NCBI GenBank assembly: GCA_964234715.1
Contig: OZ174279.1
Reading direction: 5' to 3' (one strand)
DNA length: 64,000 nucleotides
Source of the DNA: Podarcis melisellensis
Lineage: Eukaryota
Shown here in pieces: positions 39,627-51,690 of this stretch; within the stretch, counting starts at the first letter, position 1; every line of letters starts with the position of its first letter. The notes below the pieces were generated by a model. That model saw only the letters and a program-made list of their open reading frames with translations, was not told the DNA's origin and searched no databases. A program made the position numbers and the translations under genes.

Positions 39627-40324
39627 ATCAAAGTTTCTTAACACCTACCAAAATAGCTAAAATGTATAAGACAAAAACAAATCTGTGCTGGAGGTGTGGT
39701 AAAACAGAGGGGACACTTATACATGTGTGGTGGACCAGTGAAAAAAATCAAAAGCTTCTGGAACACAGTGTATGATAAGCTTAACAAAATGTTTAAGTAT
39801 AACTTTATGAAAAATACAGAAGCTTTTCTACTAGGGATAACGGACACAGGCATAGCAAGAGATGATCAGAAAATATTCCCTGATGCCACAAGAGCGGCAA
39901 GGATCCTAATTGCCAAAAACTGGAAAAAAGAAACTGTGCCAACAAAAAAGGAATGGCAAGATAAACTGTTAGAGTATATTGAACTTGCTAGATTAACAGA
40001 GGCAATTAGAGATCACACTAGACAAGTTTCAAAAAGCATGGGGGGAAATGCAGAGAATACTTCACAAAACAGTGCCCTAAAATACATACCTGGACTTGTT
40101 TCGATTAATGTCTGCAGGAGACGTTGTGGATATGTAAGTTATAATTAGAAAAATCTTAATAATTATTCATAAAGGACACAATTTATAAGAAGTAAATAAG
40201 GAGGCCAGATACAGGATAAAGGAAGTCTTTTATTTGGTTGTTTGTATTGTTGTATGTTATGTTCACTGTGGGGTGGGGGTGGGGGGTTGTGTTATGTTGT
40301 AAATAAAATTCCAATTTAAAAAAA
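39627..40324 (+). mobile_element. L1-clade LINE 3' fragment (ORF2 C-terminal Cys/His zinc-binding region, frameshifted)
   Basis: FLTPTKIAKMYKTKTNLCWRCGKTEGTLIHVWWT then a frameshift to KIKSFWNTVYDKLNKMF...EAFLLGI...AARILIAKNWKKETVPTKKEWQDKL. AATAAA and an A-run near 40302-40324. Confidence 0.85.
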
Positions 40325-40451
40325 TGAAGTTTCCCCATAAAATATGTAATATGAATATAGATAATAAAAAGGAATTAAGGCCAAATAGAAATTTTTGAGA
40401 GTTTTGATATTTTGTATCTAACAAAGAGAAAGAATGATACCTTGATGTTAG

Positions 40452-41745
40452 TATTTATTGATTTATCCCCTGCCTTTTTCTCTGACGGAACTCAAGGCAG
40501 CTTACAGATAAAAGTAAGAACTGCTAAAAACATAACAATCATTAAAAAGATGAAACATCAGTAGAATTAAAACTATATACATATATAGAATCTGTTAAAA
40601 TCGTATCAATAATTGCAACACAGCACCAGCTCTTTCATTAAAACAGTCAGTTCACAAAAACATGTTGAAGCAAGGAACTCTTCACCTGCAGGCAGAAATA
40701 CAACAAGGAGTGAGCCAATGTAGCTTCTCTAAGGAGGGAATTCCAAACTCTGGGAGCAGCCACTGAGAAGGCTCCCTACCAAGTGCGCCCGTGAGGGTGG
40801 CAGAACTGAGAGAAGAGCCTCCTCTGAAGTTCTCATATGAACCCAGGAAGGTTCATATGAGGGAATACGGTCTTTCAGATAGCTTGGACCTAGGCCCTGT
40901 AGGGCTATAGGTTGTAACCAGCACTTTGAATTGTGCCTGGAAACAGACTGGTAGCCAGCGGAGCTGTTATAGTAAAGGGAGACATATGCTTCCTATAACC
41001 AACCCTGGGCCCCAATCTGGCTGCAGCTCTTTGAGCCAGTTGAAGTTTGCAAAGTGTAGTGTGTGTTACAGGCATCCAAATGGGGTGTAACTAAGGAGTA
41101 TATCACTGTGGCCAGTGATCAAGGGGTACAGTTGGCACACAATCTTTAACTGTGCAAATGCACTTCTTGCCCCTACAGAGACCTGGGCATCCAGGCCCAG
41201 GGCTAATTTCAAGAGCACACCGAAACTGCAAACCTGTGTCTTCAAGGAAGTGTTACCCCCATTCAGCACAGCCTGAATCCCTGTTCCCTGTTCCGCCTTC
41301 CGAATGACCACTACTGTCTTGTTTGGATTCAGTTTCAATTTGTTCACTGTCACCCAGTCCATTACTGATTACAGGCACCATTTTAGAACCAAGAGAGCTT
41401 TCTTGGATTTAGGTGGAAAGGAGAAATAGAGCTGGGTGTCATCAGCATACTAGTGACACCGAGCCCCCAAACTCTAGAAACCTCTCCCAGCAGTTTCATG
41501 TAAATGTTAAATAACAGTATAGAACCCTAAGGAACCCTGCAGGTCAACAGCCAAGACATCAAACAGAAGTCTCCCAGCATCACCTTCTGTGTTTGCTGCC
41601 CCTCCAGGAAGGGACCCACTGTTAAAGAGTGCCTCCAAGTCCCATTCCAGCAAGGCAGATCTAATCAGTCTCCTCCACTCAAACTGAGGTGCCACCACGC
41701 ACTCTAGAACCTTGCCCAAAAATGGGATAAAGCAGATTGGAAAAG
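40452..41745 (-). mobile_element. Decayed L2 LINE with RT remnants
   Basis: Minus-strand YADDTQLY at about 41450-41427, MDWVTVNKLKLNPNKT and PFLGKVLECVVA. 3' terminus gtaagctgccttgag...ggggataaat near 40505-40460. Confidence 0.85.
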
Positions 41746-42447
41746 TTTTCTTTTTAAAAACAAAAAACAAAAGTCATATTATATTTAATGTTACATTTAC
41801 ACCGACAGTTTACCTTAAAATAAGTGTTCTGTGCTCATCTAAAATACAAAACTAATTATAGAGCTCCTACCAAATATATTTCTATTTTTTAAACTCTTTT
41901 ATGTATATTCTGGGGGAAAACACCTTTCTTATCAGGACATTCATCCCTCCAGATTTTCCTCAAATGTCTTATTATCTAACAGTGATATCTAATGCAGTGC
42001 TCACACAAGAGGGCTTCTCCTTTCTCTCCTCCCCTTGCAACCTCTTATAAACCTCCAATCTTTTTCAGAGGGGTTTGAGACACTCTCCAGAGCAAATACT
42101 GGGGGCACACAGAGGCAGTAGGGGGAGAAAATAAATCAGAAATCCTATTCTGCAAGCAGATGAATATATTGGATGTTGTCCTAAAGTTATGCTTGTTAGA
42201 GCTTTTGTCTATAAGTGCCTTGTTGAATTGTCTCTCCATCACCTGAGAGAAAATATATTTAACAAAGCTCAAAAGAAAATTGCAATCATAACTTAGGATG
42301 CCAAGTGCATAGTAACACTAGCCATGTAACATATCAACCCAGCTTAAATTTATTTTATCTAGCATTCATTTTTCACAGGACAAAAACAATCTGCAACTTT
42401 AGAACTGAGCTAAAAGACCAAATGTTCAATACCTTCAGCATGACTGA

Positions 42448-42797
42448 GTAAAGATAAAGGTAAAGGGACCCCTGACCGTTAGGTGCACTCGCGGATGACT
42501 CTGGGGTTACAGCGCTCATCTTGCTTTACTGGCCGAGGGAGCCGGCGTACAGCTTCCGGGTCATGTGGCCAGGATGACTAAGCCGCTTCTGGCAAACCAG
42601 AGTAGCGCATGGAAACGCCATTTACCTTCCCACCAGAGTGGTACCTATTTATCTACTTGCACGTGCTTTCGAACTGCTACGTTGGCAGGAGCAAGGACCG
42701 AGCAACGGGAGCTCACCCCATCGCGGGGATTCGAGCCACTGCCCTTCTGATCGGCAAGCCCTAGGCTTTGCGGTTTACACCACAGCACCACCCACAG
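42448..42797 (-). mobile_element. Sauria SINE
   Basis: Close match along its length to the copy at 30898-31250. Confidence 0.9.
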
Positions 42798-42863
42798 GGA
42801 CACAGCAAATTCATATCCATCTTCCTGAAAACAGGAAGATATTCACTGCATAAGGACATAAAT

Positions 42864-43137
42864 CAGGGGTCTCCAAACTTTATGAACCCCAGGACCATTT
42901 CACAGAAGAACAGGCAATGCCCAGGACCCTCCAAAAACAGCCAAGCACACCTACATTGTCACAGAGACACACGCACACCAAAACAAACAAAATGCAGGCC
43001 AAAGAAAAAGCAGGCAACTTTCCCCCAAACAAAACAATTATCAGTTTTTTAAAAATTAAATATTAGGCAGGGCAGCGGGTCTTGGCAGGCACCAAGGAGG
43101 TGTCTGAGGGCACCACAGTCCCCACACTTTGGACCCT
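42864..43137. mobile_element. Degenerate hAT-type MITE
   Basis: caggggtctccaaactt start and cactttggaccct end. Confidence 0.45.
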
Positions 43138-43538
43138 ACATGCATCAGCTTAAGCGCCTGCCTAATGCTATAATAGCCATATGTGGGTTCAGAATGGAAA
43201 CAAGAATGAATTAGGTACTTGATTGCATTAGGAATTTGCAGTGAAGTGAGAAGTGCCATAAGCATAGTGCTGTTCCTACACTTAAAATTAGGGTCACTAA
43301 CATCTGCTTTCCAAGCAGTCCACATTCTGATCTGCCTAGATTACAAAATACTTTCTTCTCCCCACTTTAATAATGATACAAAAAAGGACAGTGGTGGTGT
43401 GTACAGTGTGCAGATACTTCCAAAAACAGCAAGGCACTTGTCGCTCCTCTAGACATTGGACTCCGCAAGTAACTGCAGTATCTCCTGAGTTTACTGACAA
43501 AGGTGCATAGCTTATTTAAAGATTAGTAGAAAAGCTTG

Positions 43539-43619
43539 GGAGGACAGAGGTGCCTGGCGTTCTCTGGTCCATGGGGTCACGAAGAGTCGGACACGACTAA
43601 ACGACTAAACAACAACAAC
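43539..43619 (+). mobile_element. 5'-truncated RTE-BovB LINE insertion
   Basis: gcctggcgttctctggtccatggggtcacgaagagtcggacacgactaaacgact(aac)n. 11-bp TSD AGAAAAGCTTG at 43528-43538 and 43620-43630. Confidence 0.88.
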
Positions 43620-44227
43620 AGAAAAGCTTGTGAATGTAGTACACAGTCCACTATGCCAAGAAAAGAAGGTGCAAAGCTAATAATATCTATTGGTAATTGT
43701 GAATTAATGTGTGCAGAGAATGAAACAGCTGCCATCAGACTGAACTCAACCCACATAGATACTTATACAAGAACCACAACCAAGCAATGAAGTTAGATTC
43801 TGGCAGATATAGCTTTCTGTTGTTCTTATGGCACAACTTCATTGCAGTGAAGCAACAGATCTCCACAGAGTGCACATAGGAAAAATGACTCTATATTGCA
43901 ATCACAGACAAAGTGACATGCTAGGCAGCTCCTATAGACTGAACCTCACAGTTGGCAACCACTGAAGGAATTGAGTACCATTTGCCTTCACATACAACAT
44001 AGAATTTAAGCACCCCTTCACAATACAGATTACTCTAAATAGGAAATGAGTAAAAGGAAAAGACCTCCACTGCCCAATTTTCTTTTTCTTTTTCCTTTGT
44101 TCAATGTCCTTTTACTTTAAGGAAGCAAATGTGGGTTCCTCTACCCATTACTATTTTTGCCAAACTAAAGCCAGATAAAAACCCAAATCCTTTTTTTAAA
44201 AAAGACTGAGGATATTTGCTTTGTTAC

Positions 44228-44307
44228 CTTCACTTTCTCTCGTCTCAAACAGCAGAAAAGACAATTTTCATCAAAAGACCAATCAGACACACCTTCAGGC
44301 TCAAAGT
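44228..44307 (-). CDS. LCOR: LCOR upstream exon (80 nt), in frame
   Basis: cttcttcttcttcacAG|AC TTT GAG ... GTG AAG|GTaaca encodes (D)[26 protein letters not shown]. Resembles LCORL EPEELTDWSMDEKCSFC as I recall it. Confidence 0.9.
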
Positions 44308-44717
44308 CTGTGAAGAAGAAGAAGCCGTTACTTCATATCTATAAAGACCACAACTTGCTTATGGCTAAAGCTCATTCCCAATTCACTACATGATTTAGAA
44401 GACACTTGGTGAAATTCAGAAAACATAAATTTGAATTCTGTCATGCTTTTAATTCCACAATGCTACAAAAGTATAATATTTGCCTACACACAAAGCTGAT
44501 TTTCCTAAGCAACACCAAAACCACTGCCAGTTATACAGAGATGAAGGCATGCTCATTAGTAATTTTAGCCAATATGAAACTAACTGTGAGCATTGCCTGG
44601 GGGGAGGGAAAAAGCACAAATCACCAAGGTAACATACATTTTCTAGAGGCAGAGCAGAGGTTGATTTTGTCATTAGAAATGCAGATCAAGGCAAAAAAAG
44701 GGGGGTAGATGTAATAC

Positions 44718-44783
44718 CTTTAAACAAACTCAGATCTTTTAATAATTCAGGTCCAAACAGCCCTTCTAGAATACTTTCAAATC
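44718..44783 (-). CDS. LCOR: LCOR upstream exon (66 nt), in frame
   Basis: tttctttgcttttAG|GA TTT GAA ... TTT AAA G|GTatta encodes (G)[21 protein letters not shown]. Resembles LCORL [22 protein letters not shown] as I recall it. Confidence 0.9.
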
Positions 44784-46534
44784 CTAAAAGCAAAGAAAGA
44801 ATAGTTAGCTTTCTCTATAATATATGTTACTGTCAGAATATTGAAAATGGTTCTTTATTCATCTGTTCCTTGGATGCTTTTATGCAATGAACTCAAGGCC
44901 TCCTGGTCAATCATGACAAATAAATTGGGGGAGGAGAAATGAGCCTTTATGTATATTATCTTTAAGAGTTACACTAAATAACTATATTAATAATTAAGAA
45001 GTATATGGTAGAAAAAATGGAAATGTTTGTGTATCAATGGAATTAATTTTTTCCACAAAAATCTACCACTCTTTTTAGGTTATAAAAAATATGTATTTTT
45101 GCCTCATCTTATAGATCACATTTTAAAGCAAAGATTTTGAACTTCAAGCCTTAGTATTTCTTAGAAAAAGGAAAGCCACTAAGGTGCAAAGGAAACAGCA
45201 AAATACAGTGTGCATGCATTGTGTATGAGCTTGTTTATTACAGAGAAGATTTTCTATGCCTTTTTAAAGAGTGCAGTCTGTTTGTGTTCTAAAAGATTCT
45301 ACCACCACCACCCAATTATTGCCACTATTTGTAAATGTAAATTCAGTGTTAATCTAAATCATGGCTTGCAGCTAAAGAGATAGCCAAACTAGCTACCCGT
45401 TACCCATACCATAAGGAAAGGGGCACATTCTAGAAAATATACCAGGGACATTTTAGGAGACATTTGTTAATTCTGCCAGAGTTTGCTCTGAAAAATAAGA
45501 CACATTTTTGGGATTTTGTAATACAATTTCCACATATACTTAACAGTACTGTACTTGTGTAATTTCTACTTTTACTACAATATTTGAAGTCAAGAAAGAA
45601 AGCCTTGAAAAAAAGCAATGCAACAGCTATTTTTGGAGCCACAATAGAGTGCAATATAGGGCAATTTTGCTTTAGAGATGCATGACTCTCTCTCTCTCCA
45701 ACAAGCTTCACAACCCAGTGGTTGTACTTTCATTTATAAAGTATACACAAGAACCATATTGCAAATTTGGATGTGTTACAGTCATTAGAGATCAGATGTA
45801 AAACTTAAAACACACTGCTAACAGAAGCATCTCTTGATCAATGTTGATCAGCTAACAACAAATCTATCAGGGTGAAGCACAAACACAGAAGAGACAAAAA
45901 TACAGAGAAAAGAAGGGGGAAGTGTAATAAATATACATGTGTGTAATGCAATGAGCACACAATAAGCCAAAATACAATGGATGCAGCTGGACATCATTAT
46001 CTTACAGTTACTCTGCTAACTTTTAAAAGTTACAAAGCAAAACTGACAAAAATATGTCACAGTCAAGTCTGGGGAAACATCATTACTATTACTAAGAAAA
46101 AGTTAAAATTCTAAAAGATTATCTGTATATTATGCACATGTTTGCAATAGAGAACCGTTTGCTTTATTATTAGAAAAAATAAAAGCCAGAGAAGAATCTG
46201 TGAAATGCAGAAATGGCAAGCAGAGAGACGTCCCTTCCTGCAAATGGCAACTATTTATTTATTTTTAAAGAAAAAAGTGTTGGGGCACTCTTGCACATAT
46301 GCATGTAACATGTAGATGTTATATAAATATTTGTAACTCAATAAACAAACAAGTCATGGCCTGTTTCTCCACCTGCTCTTGCCTCATGCCTTTGTAACTT
46401 GGTGAGTGAGGTGGGGTGGCAAAACAAAGCATTGTTAAGTGAGGCTATAGAGTATGGACATAATATGAAAGCATAGCCCGAAAAGAAACCATGGTCAGTC
46501 TCTTGGGTTGGGTCTGCAAGTTCAGCAAACCATA

Positions 46535-46895
46535 AAGGTAAAGGTAAAGGACCCCTGACAGTTAAGTCCAGTTGCGAACAACTCTGGGGTTGTGGCGCTC
46601 ATCTCACTTTACAGGCCGAGGGAGCCGACGCTTGTCCGCAGTTTTTCCTGGTCATGTGGCTAGCATGACTAAGCCGCTTCTGGCGAAACCAGAGCAGTGC
46701 ATGGAAATGCCATTTACCTTCCCACCGGAATGGTACCTATTTATCTACTTGCACTTTGATGTGCTTTCGAACTGCTAGGTTGGGAGGAGCTGGGACCAAG
46801 CAATGAGCGTTCACCCATCGCGGGGATTTGAACTGCCGACCTTCCAATCAGCAAGCCCTAGGCTCAGTGGTTTAGACCACAGCGCCATCCATGTC
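46535..46895 (-). mobile_element. Sauria SINE
   Basis: Third copy. TSD CAAACCATA at 46526-46534 and 46898-46906. Confidence 0.9.
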
Positions 46896-46999
46896 AACAA
46901 ACCATACCTAGGCTAAACAAAGCATTGCTTTACATTATATGCAAAGCAGGCCAAATATTATTAAGTTCTACTTATACACGCATGTAATTTTGTTCCTGT

Positions 47000-48130
47000 T
47001 CATTATTCCATGGTGACGTCCTATGTTACTCTAAATTATAAAATACTTCCACTATTCAATAAAATCATTTTTGTTTATTTTCCTACCTCAATCAATGGTT
47101 TTGTTAGCTTTGCCAATAGCCTGCTTTCCAAAGCTTGCAATACCATTGTTCTAGCAAGATTTACTTATGTCTTCCAGTTTCTCACAATGATTTACAACTT
47201 GCTGGTGATATAAACAGTAACATTTCTTTGTATGGCATAGTTTTGTTCTGCCCTTCAAATCACATGGTAGTTTGGGCGTACATCTATGCATTGCCCTAAT
47301 ATTTTTACACACAGAAAAAAATGCCAGAAATTGTTTTTCAAATTGCCAGAAATTGTTTTTTCCATCACATGTGTTAGAACATTGCCACTTCTAGGCATCC
47401 TCTGTAACACTGAGGGCTTGGCAAACTGTATATGTGGCGTATTTCTAATGGTGTTAAATATCATCTGTGATTTTGACTGCATTCTAATCTTTGTTGACAC
47501 AGATTTAAAGGGTCTTTTAGTCCATAGATTCCCATTGTTCTCCTTGTAGTTGATCCCCCATGTCTTTTCTCCCTATAGTCACTATACCTTCTGTTGTGTC
47601 GTAGATTATTTTACTATTCTTCTATATATGAAACCATCCCTATATGCTTAGTAGTTGTTCATATTCTATTACAAGTCTGATTGCATCTGCACTTACTTTA
47701 ATGTCAGAGGTAAAACTAATTTGTAGTCAGCTACTTTATATTTTACAATTGTTATTTAAATGGCTATCCTGGGTTTTTGTTTGTTCAGGTATATTAGTCT
47801 CCTAACCTGTATAGGTCCTTAACCTCTCTATCTTCATATTGCTGATTCTTTTCCTGATAGAATAGCAGGCAATATAAAAATGGGATAAGCTGAAATATAC
47901 CCAGGGATATTTTTTAAAACCATTCCCTTCCCCATAATTGTAATGTTAACAGGATAAATGGATAATGTATTCTGCTGATGTTATTTTATCCATTATCTGG
48001 GATATCTATTGTTTTCCTACATCTCTTTCTGTACCATTGCTATCAGAAGCTTTAGTTGGTATGCTGCATCAGACCATCCAAAATTAGATATTCCTAAATC
48101 ACTTTATGTTTGTTTTTCTTCTAAATCCAT
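47000..48130 (-). mobile_element. Heavily decayed L1-clade LINE fragment (boundaries approximate)
   Basis: Minus-strand YLTPLEIRHIYSLPSPQCYRGCLEVAMF*HM*W around 47460-47360 resembles the same L1 motif seen at 39630-39735. Confidence 0.55.
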
Positions 48131-49339
48131 GCACTCCCCTCCCCTCCAAAATGTATACATGAAATCAGCAGCTTTTGCTAGGTTTTTAATTTCTCAAGAA
48201 TATAAACTGGAAAAACTGGGTGGGGTAGACAAAAAGCTTAGATACAAAAGCATGTAAAGTGTAGTTAGTATCTAAATGTTACTACTTAAGATTACAGTCA
48301 GTTTAGTTCTGTGCAAGGCTGAATGCTTTAAAAAACACACCCATACCTCTTACAATATCTGTAATAGTAATTACCAATGATTCATGTCCCATGGAGTTTG
48401 CTATGAATGCAATAGAAAATTCACAATGTCTGCCAAGTGGGCTACACAGCCTGGACAGTATAGAATCCTACCTTGTTCACTGTTCTCACCAATGGTAATG
48501 CCACTTGATTTTTATTAATATTAAATATTAGATTTAACAGTTGCATAGCAACAGCAGAAGAGCTTATATGTAATACTTGTCACCAAAAATGCCAAATAAG
48601 GCAAGAATGAATATATTCAAAAATTATTTTAAAGGACTTGGCATAATGCAGCAGCAAACAACATGCAGCAAGAAGCAACACAGAAATGAAGGGCTATGAC
48701 CTGCCTGTTACTTTCAATCACTTAAGAGTCCATAAAAAGCATGCGCTTGTATCGGCAACAAATACCCTGAAAAAGATCTTGAAAAATGAGATCCTGGCTA
48801 GTTTTTACTAGGATTTGTCTCAATCACTCTTAGGAGATAGGAGAGAACATTCCTTTCTCCAATGATATTTTCCTTCCTTCCCTATTTGACAGATTATGTT
48901 TTCTCCATATTTCAAAGGAAAAGAATTAACATGGCTGTCTGTTAAATTCCTGTATTCATACCTTCATCATTCACATGCATGTTTGATCATTTACAGCTGC
49001 TGAAGAGAAGCAGTTGTACAACAGTGACAAGCATAAGAGCACAGGAATTGTAAGAGACTCAGGATGTTTCAATTTTGATATTTTTCACAACATTTCACAA
49101 CTGATTTTACGTATGAAGACTTGGCAATAAGAGAAGGCCATTTACAATGAAAAACAGGCTTGCTAATGTTTTTATTCTACAAAAATGAGTAAGGGTACCT
49201 GGATTTTCTAAAAGTTTCCTCTACAACAAATTAGCTATTATTTACTACAGAAGGACCGCTGATTGATTATTGTAAGAGTTGCTTGAAAGGAAACTGTATC
49301 TTGATGCATGCATATACACACATTTTCTTGCACTTTGGA

Positions 49340-49848
49340 TATAATAATAATAACAATTTATTACTTGTACCCAGCCACTCTGGGCAGCTTCCAACAAAGA
49401 TTAAAAATACATTAAAATGTCACACATTAAAAACTTCCCTAAACAGGGCTGCCTTCAGATGTCTTCTAAATGTCAGGTAGTTGTTTATCTCTTTGACATC
49501 TGATGGGAGGGTGTTCCACAGGGCGGGCACCAGAAGGCCCTCTGCCTGGTTCCCTGTAGCTTTGCTTCTCGCAATGAGGGAACTGCCAGAAGGCCCTCGG
49601 CACTGGACCTCAGTGTCCGGGCAGAAAGATGGGGGTGGAGATGCTCCTTCCGGTATACTGGACCAAGGCCATTTAGGGCTTTAAAGGTCAGCACGAACAC
49701 TTTGAATTGTGCTCAGAAACGTCCTGGGAGCCAATGTAGGTCTTTCAGGACCGGTGTTATATGGTCTTGGCGGCCGCTCCCAGTCACCAATCTAGCTGCC
49801 ACATTCTGGATTAGTTGTAGTTTCCGGGTCACCTTCAAAGGTAGCCCA
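49340..49848 (-). mobile_element. L2 LINE 3' fragment with (TAA)n tail
   Basis: Minus-strand VLTFKALNGLGPVYRKEHL...ARTLRSS...RQRAF. Confidence 0.85.
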
Positions 49849-50829
49849 TTAAGCATTCTTATTTCAAACTAAATGGATCTTGGTTTTTGAAAAACAACTT
49901 AAAACAATTTGCATAGTTGAATTTGGTAATAAATAAAATTCACTGTGGGGTGGGGGGGTTAGTGTGCAGGTGCATATATGCATCTAGAATATGAAAACTG
50001 GACATTCCCCCTATTAACTAACCTTGTATTTTAGGCTAATGGTTTAATGACCTGCTTCCCTTCTTTAATAATTAAATCTTTTGGAAAATTTTGATGTACA
50101 CATGCACACACACACTGCATCATGTAGGCTAAAACAAACACAGTTCCTTTAGCTTTTCCTTAGGCTGGCCCTGGTCTTTTGAGTCCAATTCATCACACTG
50201 AAGACTCATAAACCCTAAAATATCTCTCAATTGCTTTACTTAGCCAGTTATCTCTTATTGCATACCCTGGCTTTACATAGCCATTTGTCTAGTCACCTGT
50301 AGTGAGCAAACACTATAAAAAGAGGGAGATTGGGTACCTACACAAGTTCACAATGGAAATAGGATTTGTGGCACAGAATAAAATGCTCTATTACAGCCCT
50401 TTAGAGACTAGACAGAAAGCCCTCTGAGTCCTAGAACTGCTTCTACTGCTTCTGGAGTGTTCCCTAGCCACTGAAGAGCAGAAACCAAGCAGCTTAGTCC
50501 TTTCCTTCCAAACTTCATACAAGAAGTCTCAAATGTCTGTCAAGAAACACTGTTTTTGCCTGGGTTTCACATGAGAGACTGAATGTGAGCCAGCCAGCCT
50601 GTTTCCTTTCCAGAAAAGTGAGGGTTGGAATGCTAGCCAAGCCAGGGAATATGAGCCTAGGTTTGCTTCTCAGAACGTGTTGTGTCATAATGTGTTCTCA
50701 GTGATGTGGAGTAGATGGCAAAGGCAGCTGCAAGAAATTAATGGACTTATCACTGGTTCTTTCAAATTGTACAGAATACAGAACACCTTTAGGTATATGA
50801 CTCAAACTAGTAATCTGCTATAATATTAC

Positions 50830-50976
50830 TCTTACAAAGTTGCAATAAGAGCTTTGATTTTAATTAATTTTATAATGAATGTTTTTAGAATGTTGGACTA
50901 TTTTGATTGTTGTTAGCCGCCCTGAGCCCAGCTTTGGCTGGGGAGGGCGGGATATAAATAAAATTTATTATTATTA
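50830..50976 (+). mobile_element. L2-type LINE 3' end
   Basis: ttgttagccgccctgagcccagctttggctggggagggcgggatataaataaaatttattattatt. Confidence 0.6.
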
Positions 50977-51149
50977 ATTTTTTTTTATTTGTGCTACTAT
51001 TCTTGCTTCTCACTTGCCTCAGATTACTCAGTCTTCTGTATCAAGTGGAATAAACTCACAAATTTTTGATGCACTTACACACTCACATTCAAAGAACTAA
51101 CATGCAAACGGGTAGAAAAGGTTCTTTCCTTTCATATATTTTCTGAAGA

Positions 51150-51690
51150 CCATGAAAACAAGAACACTGCTGGACCACATCAATTGTATTTCTGAGCTAC
51201 CACAGTGTTTCCCAAGGTGGCCAACCAGGTGCCAGTGGGAAGGCCAAAAGCAGGACATGAGAGCAATTCCCATTCTCATTGTTACTTCTCAGCAACTGGG
51301 ATTCAAAGGCATGCCACCTCTGATCCTGGAAGTAATGTTTAGCCACTAGGACTAGTAGCAATTCGTACTAGTATGATGAGAGAGAAAATTTCCACACCAT
51401 GCATAACATTATGCACTTCTATTATCCCCAACTCACCTTTTTTCTAAACTAAACAGAACCTAACGTTCAAACTTTTCTTCATAGAGGAGTTGATCCAGCT
51501 CTATGGCTGCACCATAGATTTGTACAGACACGTCGAGATCACAAGGGGTTTTAATTTTTGTCTTTCCTGCTGATCTCCAACACGGAATTTGCCTTTTTCA
51601 CAGCTGCAGTACACCGGATGGTCCCGAAGCTCTCCATCACAACCCCAAGATCCTGTTTCTCATCATTTACTAGCAGCTCGGTCTCCATCA
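51150..51690 (-). mobile_element. Decayed CR1 LINE 3' fragment
   Basis: Minus-strand gatcttggggttgtgatgga...tgcagctgtgaaaaaggcaaattc and ttctgtttagtttagaaaaaagg are typical of the CR1 ORF2 3' region, followed by a 3' UTR-like segment. Confidence 0.6.

Noticed and set aside
39696-40148. 150-aa ORF as a host gene
   Set aside because: Frameshifted L1 ORF2 C-terminal remnant.
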